The notes: generated from the sequence alone by a model not told the origin. Positions 16,418 to 53,299 are shown, counted from the stretch's first letter. The stretch: 64,000 nucleotides of DNA from Tubiluchus corallicola (GCA_030141605.1 JAQGDQ010000808.1:29359-93358); one strand, 5' to 3'. Program-made: numbers and translations.

Positions 16418-18854
16418 TCTTGATAAGACTATAAACTGAGATTGATATAACGAATATTACTGATATGCTTTAACTATCTTATCAAAACCAATCGACGACA
16501 TTGTTATCTCTCAGAAGTTGACAAGCACACTCATATGATTTAGGTCTTTATGAGGCCATAAAACGATGTGATTTTGATTGCTCTCATTAATTATATAAAA
16601 TTAATCACTTTAAGATTGAATGACAAATGCTAAGAACTCGACGCAGCTGGAGACAAACACTCACTAGTCTACGCGCACTACAACATACTACAGAGAAGAA
16701 ACTACCAATATCATCACTGAACATCATATTAATGGCGGGGCAGAGATTTCATGACGAATGTTATAACCCTTTCGCTTCGCAATGCCTCATAGTTACAGTT
16801 GCATTTATCCACATTAGCAGTAAAATATAATCCCAACTAGATTAAAAAATCTTGTTTGATGATCTAAAATAAAAATAGTAACTTGTGTTGTTGTATACAA
16901 ACAAAATAATTATGAATTGTTTTTTGTTTTTCCTAGCACTGCCCCTGCGCTGCGCCATTTTGTAGCCAATGTATTAAAATATTAAACGTGCAATCTTCGT
17001 AATGGATTAACTTTGCCTATGCTTAATTACCGGCGTCGAAACGAAATAATCAAAGTTCTGCCGTTTTTCTGACAGTTTTTTGACATCTGTATTACATGTT
17101 ACTTAAAACGACACCACCATCACCATCATTTTTTGATTTTGTTGTCGCTCTCATAATCGTTGTGGTTATCATTATAATGATTACAATAGTTTTTTCCAGT
17201 ATCTCGCAGTTTTTACTTTCCGCTGATAGGACTCTTGGGAATTTTTTATGCGCTCAGTGGGCAGGGACTACTAAAGTGAATGATTGTGGTCACCCTAGCA
17301 ACTTTGCTCGGTATCAGTTCTTTAAGACGAAACAGTGAACTTGTCTTAACATGATGAAAGCCATAACCGGTATGACGCATAAATCTTCTCAGAGCGTTAT
17401 ATTGAGCTCGTTGATCAACCATCCATCCACTGACCGGATAGAAACTGGAGTTAAAGATTAAAAGTGCTTGATGATAAGGTTAAATGAGAAATATATAGAT
17501 TTTAGTACTTTAATTGGTGCCAGGCTGCATCAAGATTTGCCTACACTTTTTTCTCTTTTCTCAATTATGGTTAGTTTATTGCCTACTGTCATCAGCTGTA
17601 GCAGTAGCAGTAGCAGCAGCAACAACAACAACAACGGCAACGATAGCGACAGCAGCGACAGCAGAACAGCTCCACAGTACAACAACAGCTGTAGTGGCAA
17701 AGGTTTCCCAGAACTATGCACAAAGTGAAAGAATCAATCTTCTCGAAATTGAGTTTAAGTAGCGAATATTCTCCAATACACAACAAAGTGCTTTTATAAC
17801 AACCTTTAATTTGGTAAAGAGTTAAGATCAATCGCGGTTGAATGGGAAAATACGGTTTTATTGAGTGAAAGACATCAAAGCCCTTCATTGCATATGAACC
17901 GTCAGTTCTTGTTGAGCAAACTGAAGGTTTTTATATGCAACACTTGCGTTTCTTTGAATGTGGTGGATGGATATTGAAAGAATTCTTTGTGACTCGCCAC
18001 TACGAACCTGTAGGCAAACAGGCATTATGGATTAAGTCTCATGAAGATATGTGCGGCTGAAGATAAAGGTAAGAATAGCGGAAACCTTCACAATGACTTG
18101 AGGCCAAATTTCGTGATGTTTGTGACAGCGGTGCTGAAAATAATGTTGATAGTGAGGTTTGATAATCACAAAAATCCCATTCTGTTATTGTTTTTTGGTG
18201 ATAATAATGATGTGACAATGATGACCATGACGACAACGACGGCGATGATAATGACGATGATGATAATCGCGACGAAATGAAATAAGATAGGAAAACAATA
18301 AAAAAAATAAATAGTAGCAAAGGTACTGTGCTATTTGAAGCATAAAATTAAAGCAAAGTATCTTAGGTCACGTACATACTAGAAATGTTTTACTGGATTC
18401 AGGATGGTTAGACACAAATAGAAAAACAAGTTTCTCAAAAACAGTTAACGTTTTACTTCAAGCAGAAATACGCTCCTTCAAAGTGACCATAAAATATATT
18501 CCTTACTATCTTAACGATCTCTTTCCGGAAGCCACTCCACTACGAACCGGCCTCCGAAATAAAATACTTAGCGACGCTTTTAAAGGCTATGGGACTGCTA
18601 AGTTGTTGAACGACGAGAAGGTATATTTCAAGAAAGTGAGGTCGGTCGCTTAAAGAAGTGAAAACCTTAAAGTATCCTTTATGCAAGTAAATATAAAGAT
18701 TTAAAACAAATGTAGGTACCTATAAGCTATGGGACTTATAGGGAGTAGGTTACATAACTCCCTATAAGCTAAGCAAGTTATCTACTAGCGTTACATAAAA
18801 TTGGAAATAAATAAAAAACTAAAATTATATGAATGCTATCTTTTCAGCAACATA

Positions 18855-19010
18855 TGACCAGGTACTCAGCTAAGGCTGAGTATCTCTAAGAAGTCAGCCA
18901 GAAAGCCTCATTCAATTGATAAATTACTTAAAAACCCTGACATGAGTGGCAATCGAACACAGTACCTCTGGATCGGTAAACAAAAGTCGTAACCACTTGA
19001 AAACTGCGCT
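18855..19010 (-). mobile_element. Degenerate tRNA-derived SINE
   Basis: The minus strand reads AGCGCAGTTTTCAAGTGGTTACGAC (A-box-like) ... GTGTTCGATTGCC (B-box-like), then a body with ACTCAGCC...TGAGTACCTG resembling conserved central SINE domains. Confidence 0.5.
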
Positions 19011-20821
19011 TTTCGTTAAAAATGAAATATTGGAAAACTGCTTTATTGAGCTTTTGATTCACATAATCTAGGTATTTAGAAAAATGAGTTGATTCGAAAA
19101 TCGTGTGCTTTCTCTAGTCTCGTAAAAATTTCCTTTCGTGGATAGGAAATACCCGATTGTCCAGTTAAGAATGCAAAACTAATTATTATAAGAGCGTTGA
19201 TGTGGGGAAGAAAAGATAAATAGACTGATAATGATTCTTACAGCGTCTCTGAATCAAATTGGGTTTCACTTATTAGCGGCGTCTAGGTAGAACAGCTCAA
19301 ATTCTGTTTTCTCATGCTCTTCCTGTGGGCACAGAACAGCCCAACACTAAGACCACGGATAAAAGTATCATTTTGACGTGGATAGGAGCACATGAATGAT
19401 TGGATAATATTCAACCGGATACTTAAAGGATAACCGGACCCCAACCTTAAACTATAGCTCAAAACAAGCTAATCTGTAAAATGATTAATGAAAACAATGT
19501 TTTTCTATGAATGACTTGCACGAAAGAAATATGGCCTCAGAAGCGTGATTTCATGAACACGCGGCCAATTCTTTGCTGTTACATGCATTTCACCATTTGT
19601 TAGTTAGATGGGTACCAGCGCGTGCATCTCACAAGCACGTTGCGCAAAAACAGCCGCTGTACGTCTCAGTTCAGATATGTTCAGTTGCGATGTGGCGCAC
19701 ACGTTCACAAGCTCAAACGTGAACACAGCGATAAACTTGAGATTTAAATTTTAAACTTGAAATTTGCTGACCTTTGTGTTTCAGACTGAATGTTGTACAG
19801 TAGCACTGTGCTTCAAATTTCGCTTTCGTAGACACGTGGGACCCCGGCAGTTAAATAAGTTCTTAACCTAATATTTAGTTATCAGAAACACTTTGTCTTT
19901 ACTTTATATGTTAAGATATATACTTTTTAGCGTACTTCAAAGCGGGTTAGGATATGTAAAATATGGCCATGTAGCATTTTGACTACCTAGATGATCGGCA
20001 GACAAAGCCGCCTTGAACGCTGTTGAGTTGGTTTCAAGTTTGTCTACTACTAGGTGCTCCAAATTCAATCTTTTTACGTCTTATTCCAGCAATCTTCATA
20101 ATTAATGCTGTTTCCAGGACTTTTTCTCGTAATATGCGATCATAATCAATTCATTATTTGGCTAACATAACGCTATTACCTACGTAGAACGTACAGCACT
20201 TTGTAATTAAAAATTAAACATAAAAATAACAATGTTTTCATAGTGATTGCGTAACCTTTAAAATGAGCGGGAAAACTTTGATCGCATTTATATTATCATT
20301 GTCTTACATACACCTGTAACGTTGATGACATATGTTTCCACAGGACAACAGCAAACGTCTGTACAGTGCATCAGTCAGAGAATGTTTATCTCGATTATAA
20401 AGTCTTTGATTTGATCGACCTTTTCCAGCACCAAATAAAAAACAGAGTTATGGAAAAAGCCGACCTTTTGTCGAAATTTTAGACACACCTTTTAAGCAAA
20501 CCTTTAAAGTCGTTCTACACTTCTGTAGACTTTGCATATCTAATTTTTAAGGAATTCGTCTCCGAGTTGATTCTGGCACGGCTAGGGCAATTTTTTGCCT
20601 AGTTCGGAACATTTTGGAGTTTAACAGGTTACAGTGCTAACACCGCGCGATTGCATATATCACCACAGAAAATTATTTTGCAATACACCAATATTACTGT
20701 GAACAGACGTGGTCGATTAGCAAAATTATACAGTACAAACGCGGGCGAATGAAGGGTGGAACAAATGAATTATGAAAAACTGAACGATTGACTGATTGGT
20801 GGATTTATTGAACGAATAAAC

Positions 20822-21090
20822 GAATGACTGAATGAATGAATGAACGAACGAAATGAGTGAGTGAGTGAGTGAGTGAGTGAGTCAGTGAGTGAGTGAGTGA
20901 GTGAGTGAGTGAGTGAGTGAGTGAGTGACTGACTGACTGACTGACTGACTGACTGACTGACTGACTGACTGACTGACTGACTGACTGAATGAATGAATGA
21001 ATGAATGAATGAATGAATGAATGAATGAATGAATGAATGAATGAATAAATGAATGAATGAATGAATAAATGAATGAATGAATAAATGAAT
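20822..21090. repeat. Compound (GAGT)n(GACT)n(GAAT)n microsatellite
   Basis: Direct reading. Confidence 0.95.
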
Positions 21091-21419
21091 TAATTAGTGA
21101 ATCAAATTATAAATGGAGTAGACGAATGAATAAATGAATGAGTAGTCAACAAATGAATAATATTTATAATTAGACCAATCAACTCAAATCCATCCAAATG
21201 TAAATAAAACAACTGCTCAACTATCTAGCCATCCAGCCAGCTAACTAACTAATTAACCAACCAACCAACCGACCAACAACCAATAAATCAACCAATCATC
21301 AACTAAACAACTCGCCAACTATCCAAAAAACCAACCAACCGATCAATCAACCAACTATCAAATAAACAAACAACAGAACAAACAAGGAAACAAAACAACC
21401 AACAAAGAGACGAACAAAC

Positions 21420-21705
21420 TAGCACACACGCACACACACACATGCATACATGCACGCACGCATCCACAAACAAACTAATGAGCACACACACGCACGCACG
21501 CACGCACACACACATGCACACACACACGCATCCACAAACAAACAAATGAGCACACACACACACACACACACACGCACGCACGCACGCACGCACGCACACA
21601 CATGCATACATGCACGCACGCATCCACAAACAAACTAATGAGCACACACATACACACACACACACACACACACGCGCACGCACGCACGCACTCACGCACG
21701 CACGC

Positions 21706-21750
<45 letters not shown>
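21420..21750. repeat. Compound (CA)n/(CACG)n microsatellite with an internal duplicated block
   Basis: Direct reading; the block CATGCATACATGCACGCACGCATCCACAAACAAACTAATGAGCAC occurs twice. Confidence 0.9.
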
Positions 21751-21751
<1 letters not shown>

Positions 21752-22605
21752 ACTCACAAACAAAACGAATGAGCACGAGGAACGAAGAAATGGCCAATAA
21801 TTTCAATAAACGAATAAAGACGAAATGCAAGCAGTGAGCGTACCCAACGTTGCCTTACAGTATAATCTACAAGTGCAAACAACAGCCCGGTTATTCATCA
21901 AATTTAATAACCTCCCGGGAGTTATGCACTCTGACGTGCTTTAACAATGTTCATCAGTTCTAATATGCTAAACCATTTGGGTATAATAATGTAGTTTACG
22001 CAACGCTGAACTTAATTTCTTTAAGTGCGAATTCTTATTGACGCAATGCAAGTTAACGGGTTAATGCACAGTCTATACACTAGTCTACCGTGCCTAGGGT
22101 CATATTGATAGCACATCGATTTATTTTTTCTGTACGAGGCTGAAATTTAGGATTCAGCACAAGTATAGCTGAAATTTTTTCGGCAAACTTTTTGTTTCAG
22201 ACTTTCAGTTAAATATCTCGAGTAGCTAGTTCAGTAGCTTTGATACGCAGACATGCGATGCTATATGATTGTTGTACAAGGCTTAGCAGAAATCCATTGA
22301 GCAGGGTAAAATTATAGATCTAAATAATAGTTATAGATTCTAGAGATATTTAATATATCTTTACTATAACTGTAATAATATAACTTTACTTTTGCATCTT
22401 GAGTTTCAATAAATCTGTTAAGCTAATTTTGATGTGGTAAATTGGTTATTTAGGGAGTATATGAGCTAAACAAAAATGATGTAAAAAGGACATCGCAATA
22501 TGTGTGGGAAATGTTAATAATAGATTCGCATGCATTGTAAAGTATAGGTCCTTATCATAACAAGTTACATAATTACACAATCATATTGTTAGAATTTTGT
22601 TTTAC

Positions 22606-22746
22606 TTGTCGTTCTGGTGGTGTGAGGCTATGAATGGTTTCTGGTCCCAATTCGGATGTCTCGCTCGATGTTGGCTTTGTCGGAGGTGGTTTTCGAGCTT
22701 GCCGTTTCGGTCGCACTCGTGACCCGACGCGCAACATTTGTGCCAT
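22606..22746 (-). CDS. Candidate upstream or alternative first coding exon of the TMEM272-like gene (47 codons)
   Basis: Strong Kozak context gccATGG; open frame MAQMLRVGSRVRPKRQARKPPPTKPTSSETSELGPETIHSLTPPERQ; GC-rich relative to its flanks; ends in a phase-0 GTAAAA donor compatible with the phase-0 acceptor at 11920. Confidence 0.5.
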
Positions 22747-23139
22747 GGCGAAAACTACACGAAAATAATTATACTTTCGTAATCGGGGAAATATATTATA
22801 TCGTTATTTCTGAAAATTCATCGAAATAGGCTTTTTTCACCAGCTTCAAGGTCACGTGCGTTTTTAAGCAAACATTAGTTAACACCTGTCTATAATGAGC
22901 AACACTATCACTAAGAGCAAATAGAAATACACCTGCACGTATAAATGCTATTGTGACGTTACAGCTGTGTTTCCGATTTTCACCATTGCGGAAACAAACG
23001 CACACTAAAAAACATCAAGTGAGACACACGCCGTAGAATTAACTACAAGCTGATCGTCTTGTTATACATTTCTGAAAAAAAGACCCTTGAAATTCCATCC
23101 AGACGAAAAACATACAATTCCCAATGCGACTGTTGATGT

Positions 23140-23360
23140 CACTTTGTACGCATGCGCACTTTATATTGCAGATCTAATTTTTACGAATATAAATTCACAG
23201 TTATTGTATCTAAGTTGCTGACTTAGGCGCCGAAGGAATTCTTCTAAAATTTGGCTTCTCTTTCCGCCAGTTGTATACTGCACGGAGTAAGGAGGAAATC
23301 GCCATGCTCCGCTGATTAGTCAACACGCATGACACGTGAGTGTGACGTGCACATATTCGG
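23140..23360. promoter_or_regulatory. Putative promoter region (NRF1-like, E-box and CRE-like motifs)
   Basis: TACGCATGCGCAC near 23147, then CACGTG and TGACGT near 23333-23348, about 400-600 bp upstream of the 22746 ATG on the minus strand. Confidence 0.35.
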
Positions 23361-24605
23361 CTTTTGAAATGCTGAGAAGCCGTAAAAATGTTGTAAAAAG
23401 CTAAGATGAAATCTTCAGACAAAGATTTAAAAAGTGTGAAAATAACTAATGCGACTTGAATATAAACAGAAAACAGACCAAAATGAACCAAGGAAACTGA
23501 GTCGAAAATCCCGTTGAACTGTTCTTGTGTTGATTAGACTTTTAATGCACATTTGTTTAGTTTTTAAGTTTATTTAAATAAGACTACATAACTACTAGTT
23601 TAACAATAATATTAAAAGACTCGCAGCATATTTTTTCATAAATGCAAATAATTATACAAGGTGGATCGTCATAACATTTCATCGCTGGCACCAATATCAA
23701 ACGCATGTGGTAGAGATGTGCCAGATTAAAGGCAACAATGGGCGTGCTTTCAAAATAATCACAACTTGTTCAGTAAGCGCAGGATATGGTAAAAATGACA
23801 AAAATTGTCGAGAAAAATCGCAAAAAGTTACCGCAAGGAAAACACAAAAGCAGGTACACGCCCAACAAATTTAATTCATACGCATATACAAAAATTTATG
23901 TACATTTAAGGGGTGCTACAAGTAACAATGACGTTCTCAGCAAACTTTTCTGTTTCACAGTTACAAAAATAAACACAAGAGAAGGGTGGGTTGCAGGTCT
24001 TCTTTTTTTGTTCACTAATTAGATCAATGGGCATTCGAGTCCAAGTTCGAACGAATCTTACTTGCACTAAATGCAACGTTTGCTGGTGTGAGAAAAAAGC
24101 TAGTAAGTGCAACCGTTTTCGTTTGATATCAGTCAGAATCCGTTTTCTTTGAAATCTAGCTATGATACACTTGACCACTGGCCGTCCATTTAACATTTAA
24201 TGTAGCCGCTAATACCAGCGACTTACATACTCCCGAGTTATTTATCGATTTCAACAGTTACACATGTGGATTAGTGAGGAGATTGCACTCAAGTGACTTT
24301 TGCTTAATTATACATTAGCATAATTACAACGTACTAGATTAATTGTGTTCTTCTGTATAGCTAGTAACGAAATTGGTCTCTGGTTGCATATGTTTGGTCT
24401 CAAGGACGAACAAGACGTAACAGACAACATAGATTATTTTACTTATGAATGAGTAGGGTGAAAATTATTTATGAAACTCGCTGTGCCATTTCAAGAAACG
24501 ATTGAAATCAGTTGAAATAAAAAAATTAAATCGAAGACCAATGAATAAATAAACGAATAAACGAATTAAGAATTTCAGGCGGTGCAGTAAATTCAAGAGA
24601 AGACA

Positions 24606-24915
<310 letters not shown>

Positions 24916-25250
24916 GAAAGACGGATAGAAAACAACAAAATCTAGGGAAGAAAAGAGTGATCACACAGAGGAAAGATGACGTAAGAGAGGAATGAAAGAG
25001 CGGGGCCGTAGAGCACATTTCAATGGCACAAACAGTTATAGAGATGCAACCAAGAATTATTTCATTATTATCCGAGCGCTTTCTGTGAGCGACACCATCA
25101 CCAGGGAACAGAAACAACCAACTACAATTAAAAAAATTAAAGAAAGTAAAATAAAATAAAATGCGATGAATTATAGTGAGAAAACAAACAATTCTGATGC
25201 GACACTAAACAAATTGCGGATTAACCAGTACCGCAGGGATGCCGAAAACA

Positions 25251-25904
25251 AAATTTGTAACTGAATACTCAAAATTATCTAGGATCATTCAGTAATTACA
25301 ATAAAGAAATTACTTTAAATTTGTAACTGAATACTCAAAATTATCTAGGTTCATTCAGTAGGATCAATAAAAAATTACTTTGAATTTGTAACTGAGTATT
25401 CAAAATTATCTAGGATCATTCGGCAATTGCAATAAATAAATTACTTTAAATTTGTAACTGAATACTCAAAATTATCTAGGATCATTCAGTAATTACAATA
25501 AAGGAATCATTTTAAATTTGTAACTGAGTACTTAAAATTATCTAGGTTCATTCAGTAGGATCAATAAAAAATTACTTTGAATTTGTAACTGAGTATTCAA
25601 AATTATCTAGGATCATTCGGCAATTGCAATAAATAAATTACTTTAAATTTGTAACTGAATACTCAAAATTATCTAGGATCATTCAGTAATTACAATAAAG
25701 GAATCATTTTAAATTTGTAACTGAGTACTTAAAATTATCTAGGTTCATTCAGTAGGATCAATAAAAAATTACTTTGAATTTGTAACTGAGTATTCAAAAT
25801 TATCTAGGATCATTCGGCAATTGCAATAAAGGAATTACTTTAAATTTGTAACTGAATACTCAAAATTATCTAGGATCATTCAGCATTTACAATAAAGAAA
25901 TTAC
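25251..25904. repeat. Minisatellite, 10 x 65-66 bp with a ~197-bp trimeric higher-order repeat
   Basis: Unit AAATTTGTAACTGAATACTCAAAATTATCTAGGATCATTCAGTAATTACAATAAAGAAATTACTTT; variants cycle A-B-C three times, then A. Confidence 0.95.
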
Positions 25905-26556
25905 AAAGACAAACCTGAACTTACAGATTAAAAGGTTGCGAGATAGTAAAAAGCGATACATTTTTAGTCTGTGGTCAGTCTGCTATGTGTATGGGACACA
26001 AAGTATCTAAGTCAGTTTGCATATTGTTGTATGTATAGTCTAATTTCATGCTCTCTCTCCCTTCTCCTAGTACTATTCACATTGAGCTGACTCAACGACA
26101 AGGTCCTACAATTACACCGCTGCATGTAAAATGTCATTACGTCGACTTTTTCATGTTCTTTTCTTCTGGAAATTTTCCTCACAAAAAGAGAGCGTTCTTT
26201 ACACTTGAGATGAAGGAGTAATTAGTAGTCCTATAATGCAAGCTCGTAATCACATTGCTTTTGCGAAATTAGGTTTCTCCGTAACGTAAAGGCAATGAAG
26301 CTCACAGAAGCTCCTACACTCCTGTATCGATCATCATTGCCCCCTTTTCTGGGAGATTCTCAGAGGCTACATTAGCATCTGAATACTAGGAGAAAATTCC
26401 CACTTGCTATTCTAGCACTTGATTCTGGTAATCCGATTCTCATTACATAACCTGCACAAAACAACCAGAGTTGTAAATTTCTGCGGTTGAATGATAATGT
26501 CAAAAGGTGCTCACAATGGTCACGAATGAGATCTATGTTGAATTACGAGTTTTTGT

Positions 26557-26743
<187 letters not shown>

Positions 26744-27523
26744 AGCGAGAGGGAGAGGAAGAGCCCGAAAAAAGAGAGACAGGCAGGAAGAAAAAATATT
26801 TTTCTGCATAGAAAACCAGTCCAAATGGAGCGGAGCATTAAGTAAAAAATGTTGTGATAAGAACTAGAAAGTAATTTGTCGCCTTCCGGCACTTGCTATA
26901 TTATATTGTTTTCATAGTGGATGGAATGTTTCACTTTCATTTATAGAAAAAATGTTGTGAACAGTGACAAAATGTAGCATGTAGTCATGCAGGCCAACAA
27001 ACCTGTTTATATTTGCCATATTTTAACCCATGTATATTTAACAACACAATATTTACAAGGCATGAGCGGTGCGTAAAGAAAACTTTTGGCGCTTTTATTA
27101 TGTCAGACGTTTCTAGTTGGCATATACCTATGACATATACTTGAATCGTTATACATTCTTTATTATTATCTCTCTTATGACAGTTTTCAGAAATTTCATT
27201 CGTCGTTTCGGAGATCTTACCCCATAAAAGTGACGAAGTTCATAATTCAAATGCGCATTCATAAGAAAATACTATCAAGCCAGTTCTTCATGTAAATGTC
27301 AATAGACTAAATAAGAGACAATAACGCAATTTGCTGATATTGTAATGATATCTCGATATTTTTGGTACGAGGATTTACGCTTTTTCTGCTAGTAAATCAA
27401 TGAAATGCAAACTACTAACTCCAATACGGACTACGTAAATACGATGCTGCTCTTTTTGCTTATTTTGCACGTTGTAAAGGCATATAGTTAATATCACAAA
27501 GGCTAAACCTATTTGAAATCAAC

Positions 27524-39208
<11,685 letters not shown>

Positions 39209-40624
39209 TTTAATGATTGATTTGACTAAACTGTGTATCTGTGTTATGCTGCAGGTACATGTGTCTAAGTCCACATAGCCTATAGATTATGCTAAGCTTT
39301 TGCTCACGATTAGACGAGTAGTTTGCATTACGTATTTAATCTTTTTATTATTTACTCGTGAGAGAAATGGCTTGATTAAATATGGTATTGAGTTGCTACA
39401 AAATTAGATAAAGCCATTATACATTGTAGTAGACAAGATATTCATAGATATTAATTGCTGTACTTAACACACTTTGCTCTGCACCAATGCGCAAATTAAC
39501 CCTGAAAGATTTGCCAATAATGCAGTCCCATAAGAACGACAAACACAATAAATTTAGCAAAATTATTGTTAATGATAGCTTAACTTTAGATTTCACATTA
39601 TAGAGTTAAGTTTAAGTTTCTCACACGGTGTATCATTACATCGGAGAAAGGAGTTTGGAATGATCGGCAAAATTAAAGAAGGAACAATCTACATTATCAA
39701 TAATATTGAAAACCGTTATAAAATCAAAAAGAATTTTCGCGAAGGTAGCTACGTTTTTATTACGTAGAGTTAAATACTAAGCACTGTGAATAAAGGCGCA
39801 TTTTAGACGTGAAGCAGGTGACGGCACAGGGGAACACCTAACGTGCGTGTTCACCAAAAATTTTGTCGATCTTATTATGAATCATGATAGCACATATCGA
39901 AAATGGACGTAGTAGCGCAAATGTATGTTACTTGGCTAGTGGTACAGTTCCCCAGTGGCACATTTTGCCAGAAATTGTTTTTTATTATATTATTACCTTT
40001 TCCATTAATAAATGTGTTTTGTTTAGCCGGTGCTACATGTTATAATAATGTGTGTTATATTAATGGCAACGTATATAAATGTAACAAGTACGCTGGTGAA
40101 AGGTGCCACTCTTGAAATGAAAAATTTGTTTAACAGAATAGTAAATGACATGGAATATAGCAGAGAAATTTTCCTGCCGAAATGTGTGATGCTAAAATGT
40201 TCTACTGGCGAAGTGCATACTGGTGAACTGTGCCACAGGTAAACCAAAACATTTTGTTAAAGTAACAAGGTAATAAGATAACAGAGAAATTTTACTGGCG
40301 AAATGTACCACTGGCGAAATGTCAACTGGCAGAATGAGTATATACCTAGTATAATACGACTGATTGTATATAACGCAATGATAAGGCTGCATGTTCGCTT
40401 AACAGGTGTCTTTTCCCACGTCTAAACAGGGACAAACTTTCTAAATGAGTATACATGCTATTTGACTTACACGTGTATAACCACAAATTACCTAGCCTGT
40501 ATACTAATACATACTAACACCCGCACTAGTTTATAGGCATTATACAAAACTTGTGCTGTGCTGCAACTGACTATTTAAATCAACCGCGGTGTATAATAAT
40601 TTAGTTTGTTTTTTTAAATACGGT

Positions 40625-51291
<10,667 letters not shown>

Positions 51292-52060
51292 TATCAGTTT
51301 TAGTATACTAATTCTTTTATTACTGTCTGTAACATATATTATCGTGCATTGTCTATGGCTAATTAAAACTGATTAATTGATGTTTTTTCACTATTAATAA
51401 AAATGAAAAGAGAAATGGTATAATTTTCTTCTAGGATAACTGTGTGCCTTCACAATGAAAAGAACTAACTACAGTTCAAAAACGAAAAAAATTTAATGTG
51501 AATCGCATTAAATAGTGGTAACTCTAATAATAAACCATGAAAATAAGAACGAACAAACACGAATGTTTGCGGTGAGACAGACACACAAATAAACCAACAA
51601 AAAACAGGCAATTAAACAAATAAATACTGCAAAATCTCAATGACCGATTAGTAGCAATCAGCAGGTCTGCCATCAGGCCTGCAACACGTGAGTCCCAAAC
51701 GCAGTTTACTTGCAATTAACCACACTGTGTTGTTTTATCTAATAACACACTAGGCTGTTATTTACACAGATTCGTCTGCAGTCTGTATTCTTTTTAATAA
51801 ATAAATTCTATTTCGTACTTTGTAACAATAATTACAATACACTTTCTTTGCGAATTCGGTTATCTTAAGTTGCGTTTATCACTGTTCCATTTTTCCTTCA
51901 GTTATTGGGTTCAACCTAGCGATTTTTCTTGCGCGAGTTTTTCTTTGATTTGACTGTAATGTTTAGAAGTAACTCGCGGCAAGTTTTGAACACGCTTAAT
52001 TTGGGAGCTACTGCTAGTCGCTAGTCGGAACGCCTCGTTATGCCGTACAAAAAATTATAA

Positions 52061-52615
52061 TGTTTCATTACGTACATTAATACAATAAACAATGTCTGGT
52101 TTATAGGCCCAGTTCAGAGTTGGCTACATAACTTCTTGATATAAAAGTCAAATAAAGATTAGCTATAAAAGCTCAAATCAGTTGAAACTGGTTAACTTTG
52201 TGCAATGCAAAAACTAGTCAGGTGAGAAAATAATTCACTGTAGTCTAATTTGCTGTAAAGTTGTAATGTTGCTAAAAAGTTTATAAAGTTCACAAAGCAA
52301 ACTCGTGAATCAGTTCACGACATTCCAGCCAGAATTCCTCTGATCCTTTGTTGCGCTTTAACTGCAGCTTGTCTACGTGGTCGTGGAGCATCTGAATCAG
52401 GTTGCTTAACATTAACATCATCAACATCATTCGCCATTTTGGGCCGCAGGTGGCAATTAACCCCACTTGATCCAGAATTTGCTGCAGTCTCCAATGGTGC
52501 AATAGGGTGCAAACTGAACGACTGATATGCCGACCATTTGGCAATCGCAATGTTACTGCACGGATAGTTCCATATCGTGCGTCTGTCTTTAATATTACAT
52601 TCGTCTCCCTCATGT
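52061..52615 (-). mobile_element. BEL/Pao LTR retrotransposon remnant (integrase C-terminus plus probable 3' LTR 52322-52061)
   Basis: Frameshifted fragments GTIRAVTLRLPNGRHISRSV / LHPIAPLE and RPRRQAAVKAQQRIR resemble BEL/Pao polyprotein ends. A purine-rich stretch is followed by TGT at 52322, with a candidate ...ACA end at 52061. Confidence 0.65.
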
Positions 52616-53299
52616 TTAACGGAAATCATTTGAATCTAATTTTATCCCAGTGGTAAATAATGACATAGAAAATGTCTAAAAACTTCTTCGTGACCTCATA
52701 TGATATGTAGTAGGCCACTGGCAAAATATAAAACTCAGAACAGAATCCCACAACGTTTTTTACCTGCTGCACGTAAATATTTTGGTAGGAAAATCAACAC
52801 CTCAGCTAAACTGATTACACTGCATATCTAGCTACCTTAAGTTTACAATCGAATAATTTTGATTCTTTCAGATTTTAGATTTTTAAATTTTTGAATTTTT
52901 TTATTTGCATGCAATTCATTTTTTGTCTTTCTGATTTTAAAATGTATGTACATGCATTTTAATTAGAAATCAACAGAATAACTCAACAACTCAATGTATT
53001 TATTAACAGTGCAGGTCCCGAGTTTCTTGAAATAGTTGAATTCTGTTTTTAGATTTAAAATTTTGTTTAGCGTTTCAATTGAATACTTTTAGATGTAAAT
53101 GGGCCGCCATCGTATATATCTTAATTTCTTATAATATACACAATTTTATTATTGCACACATTTACCATCTCCACAGCGGTGGGGTTAGTCCATGGGACTT
53201 TAGGCAGATTTAAATATGGTTGGCCTTGTCATCACGTAACATAGCATAATGAAATACCGTACTTTTAAGTTGTAATTGTATTATGTATTAATATTACAA

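Noticed and set aside
22700-22730. Hammerhead ribozyme-like stem plus GAAAC on the minus strand (similar partial matches near 13516 and 29100)
   Set aside because: The CUGANGA core or the GAAA partner is missing; the 22.7-kb case is better explained as coding exon
25251-25904. CRISPR-like appearance of regular repeats (also 6876-7158 and 12408-12542)
   Set aside because: Units are contiguous with no unique spacers, there are no cas genes, and the context is eukaryotic
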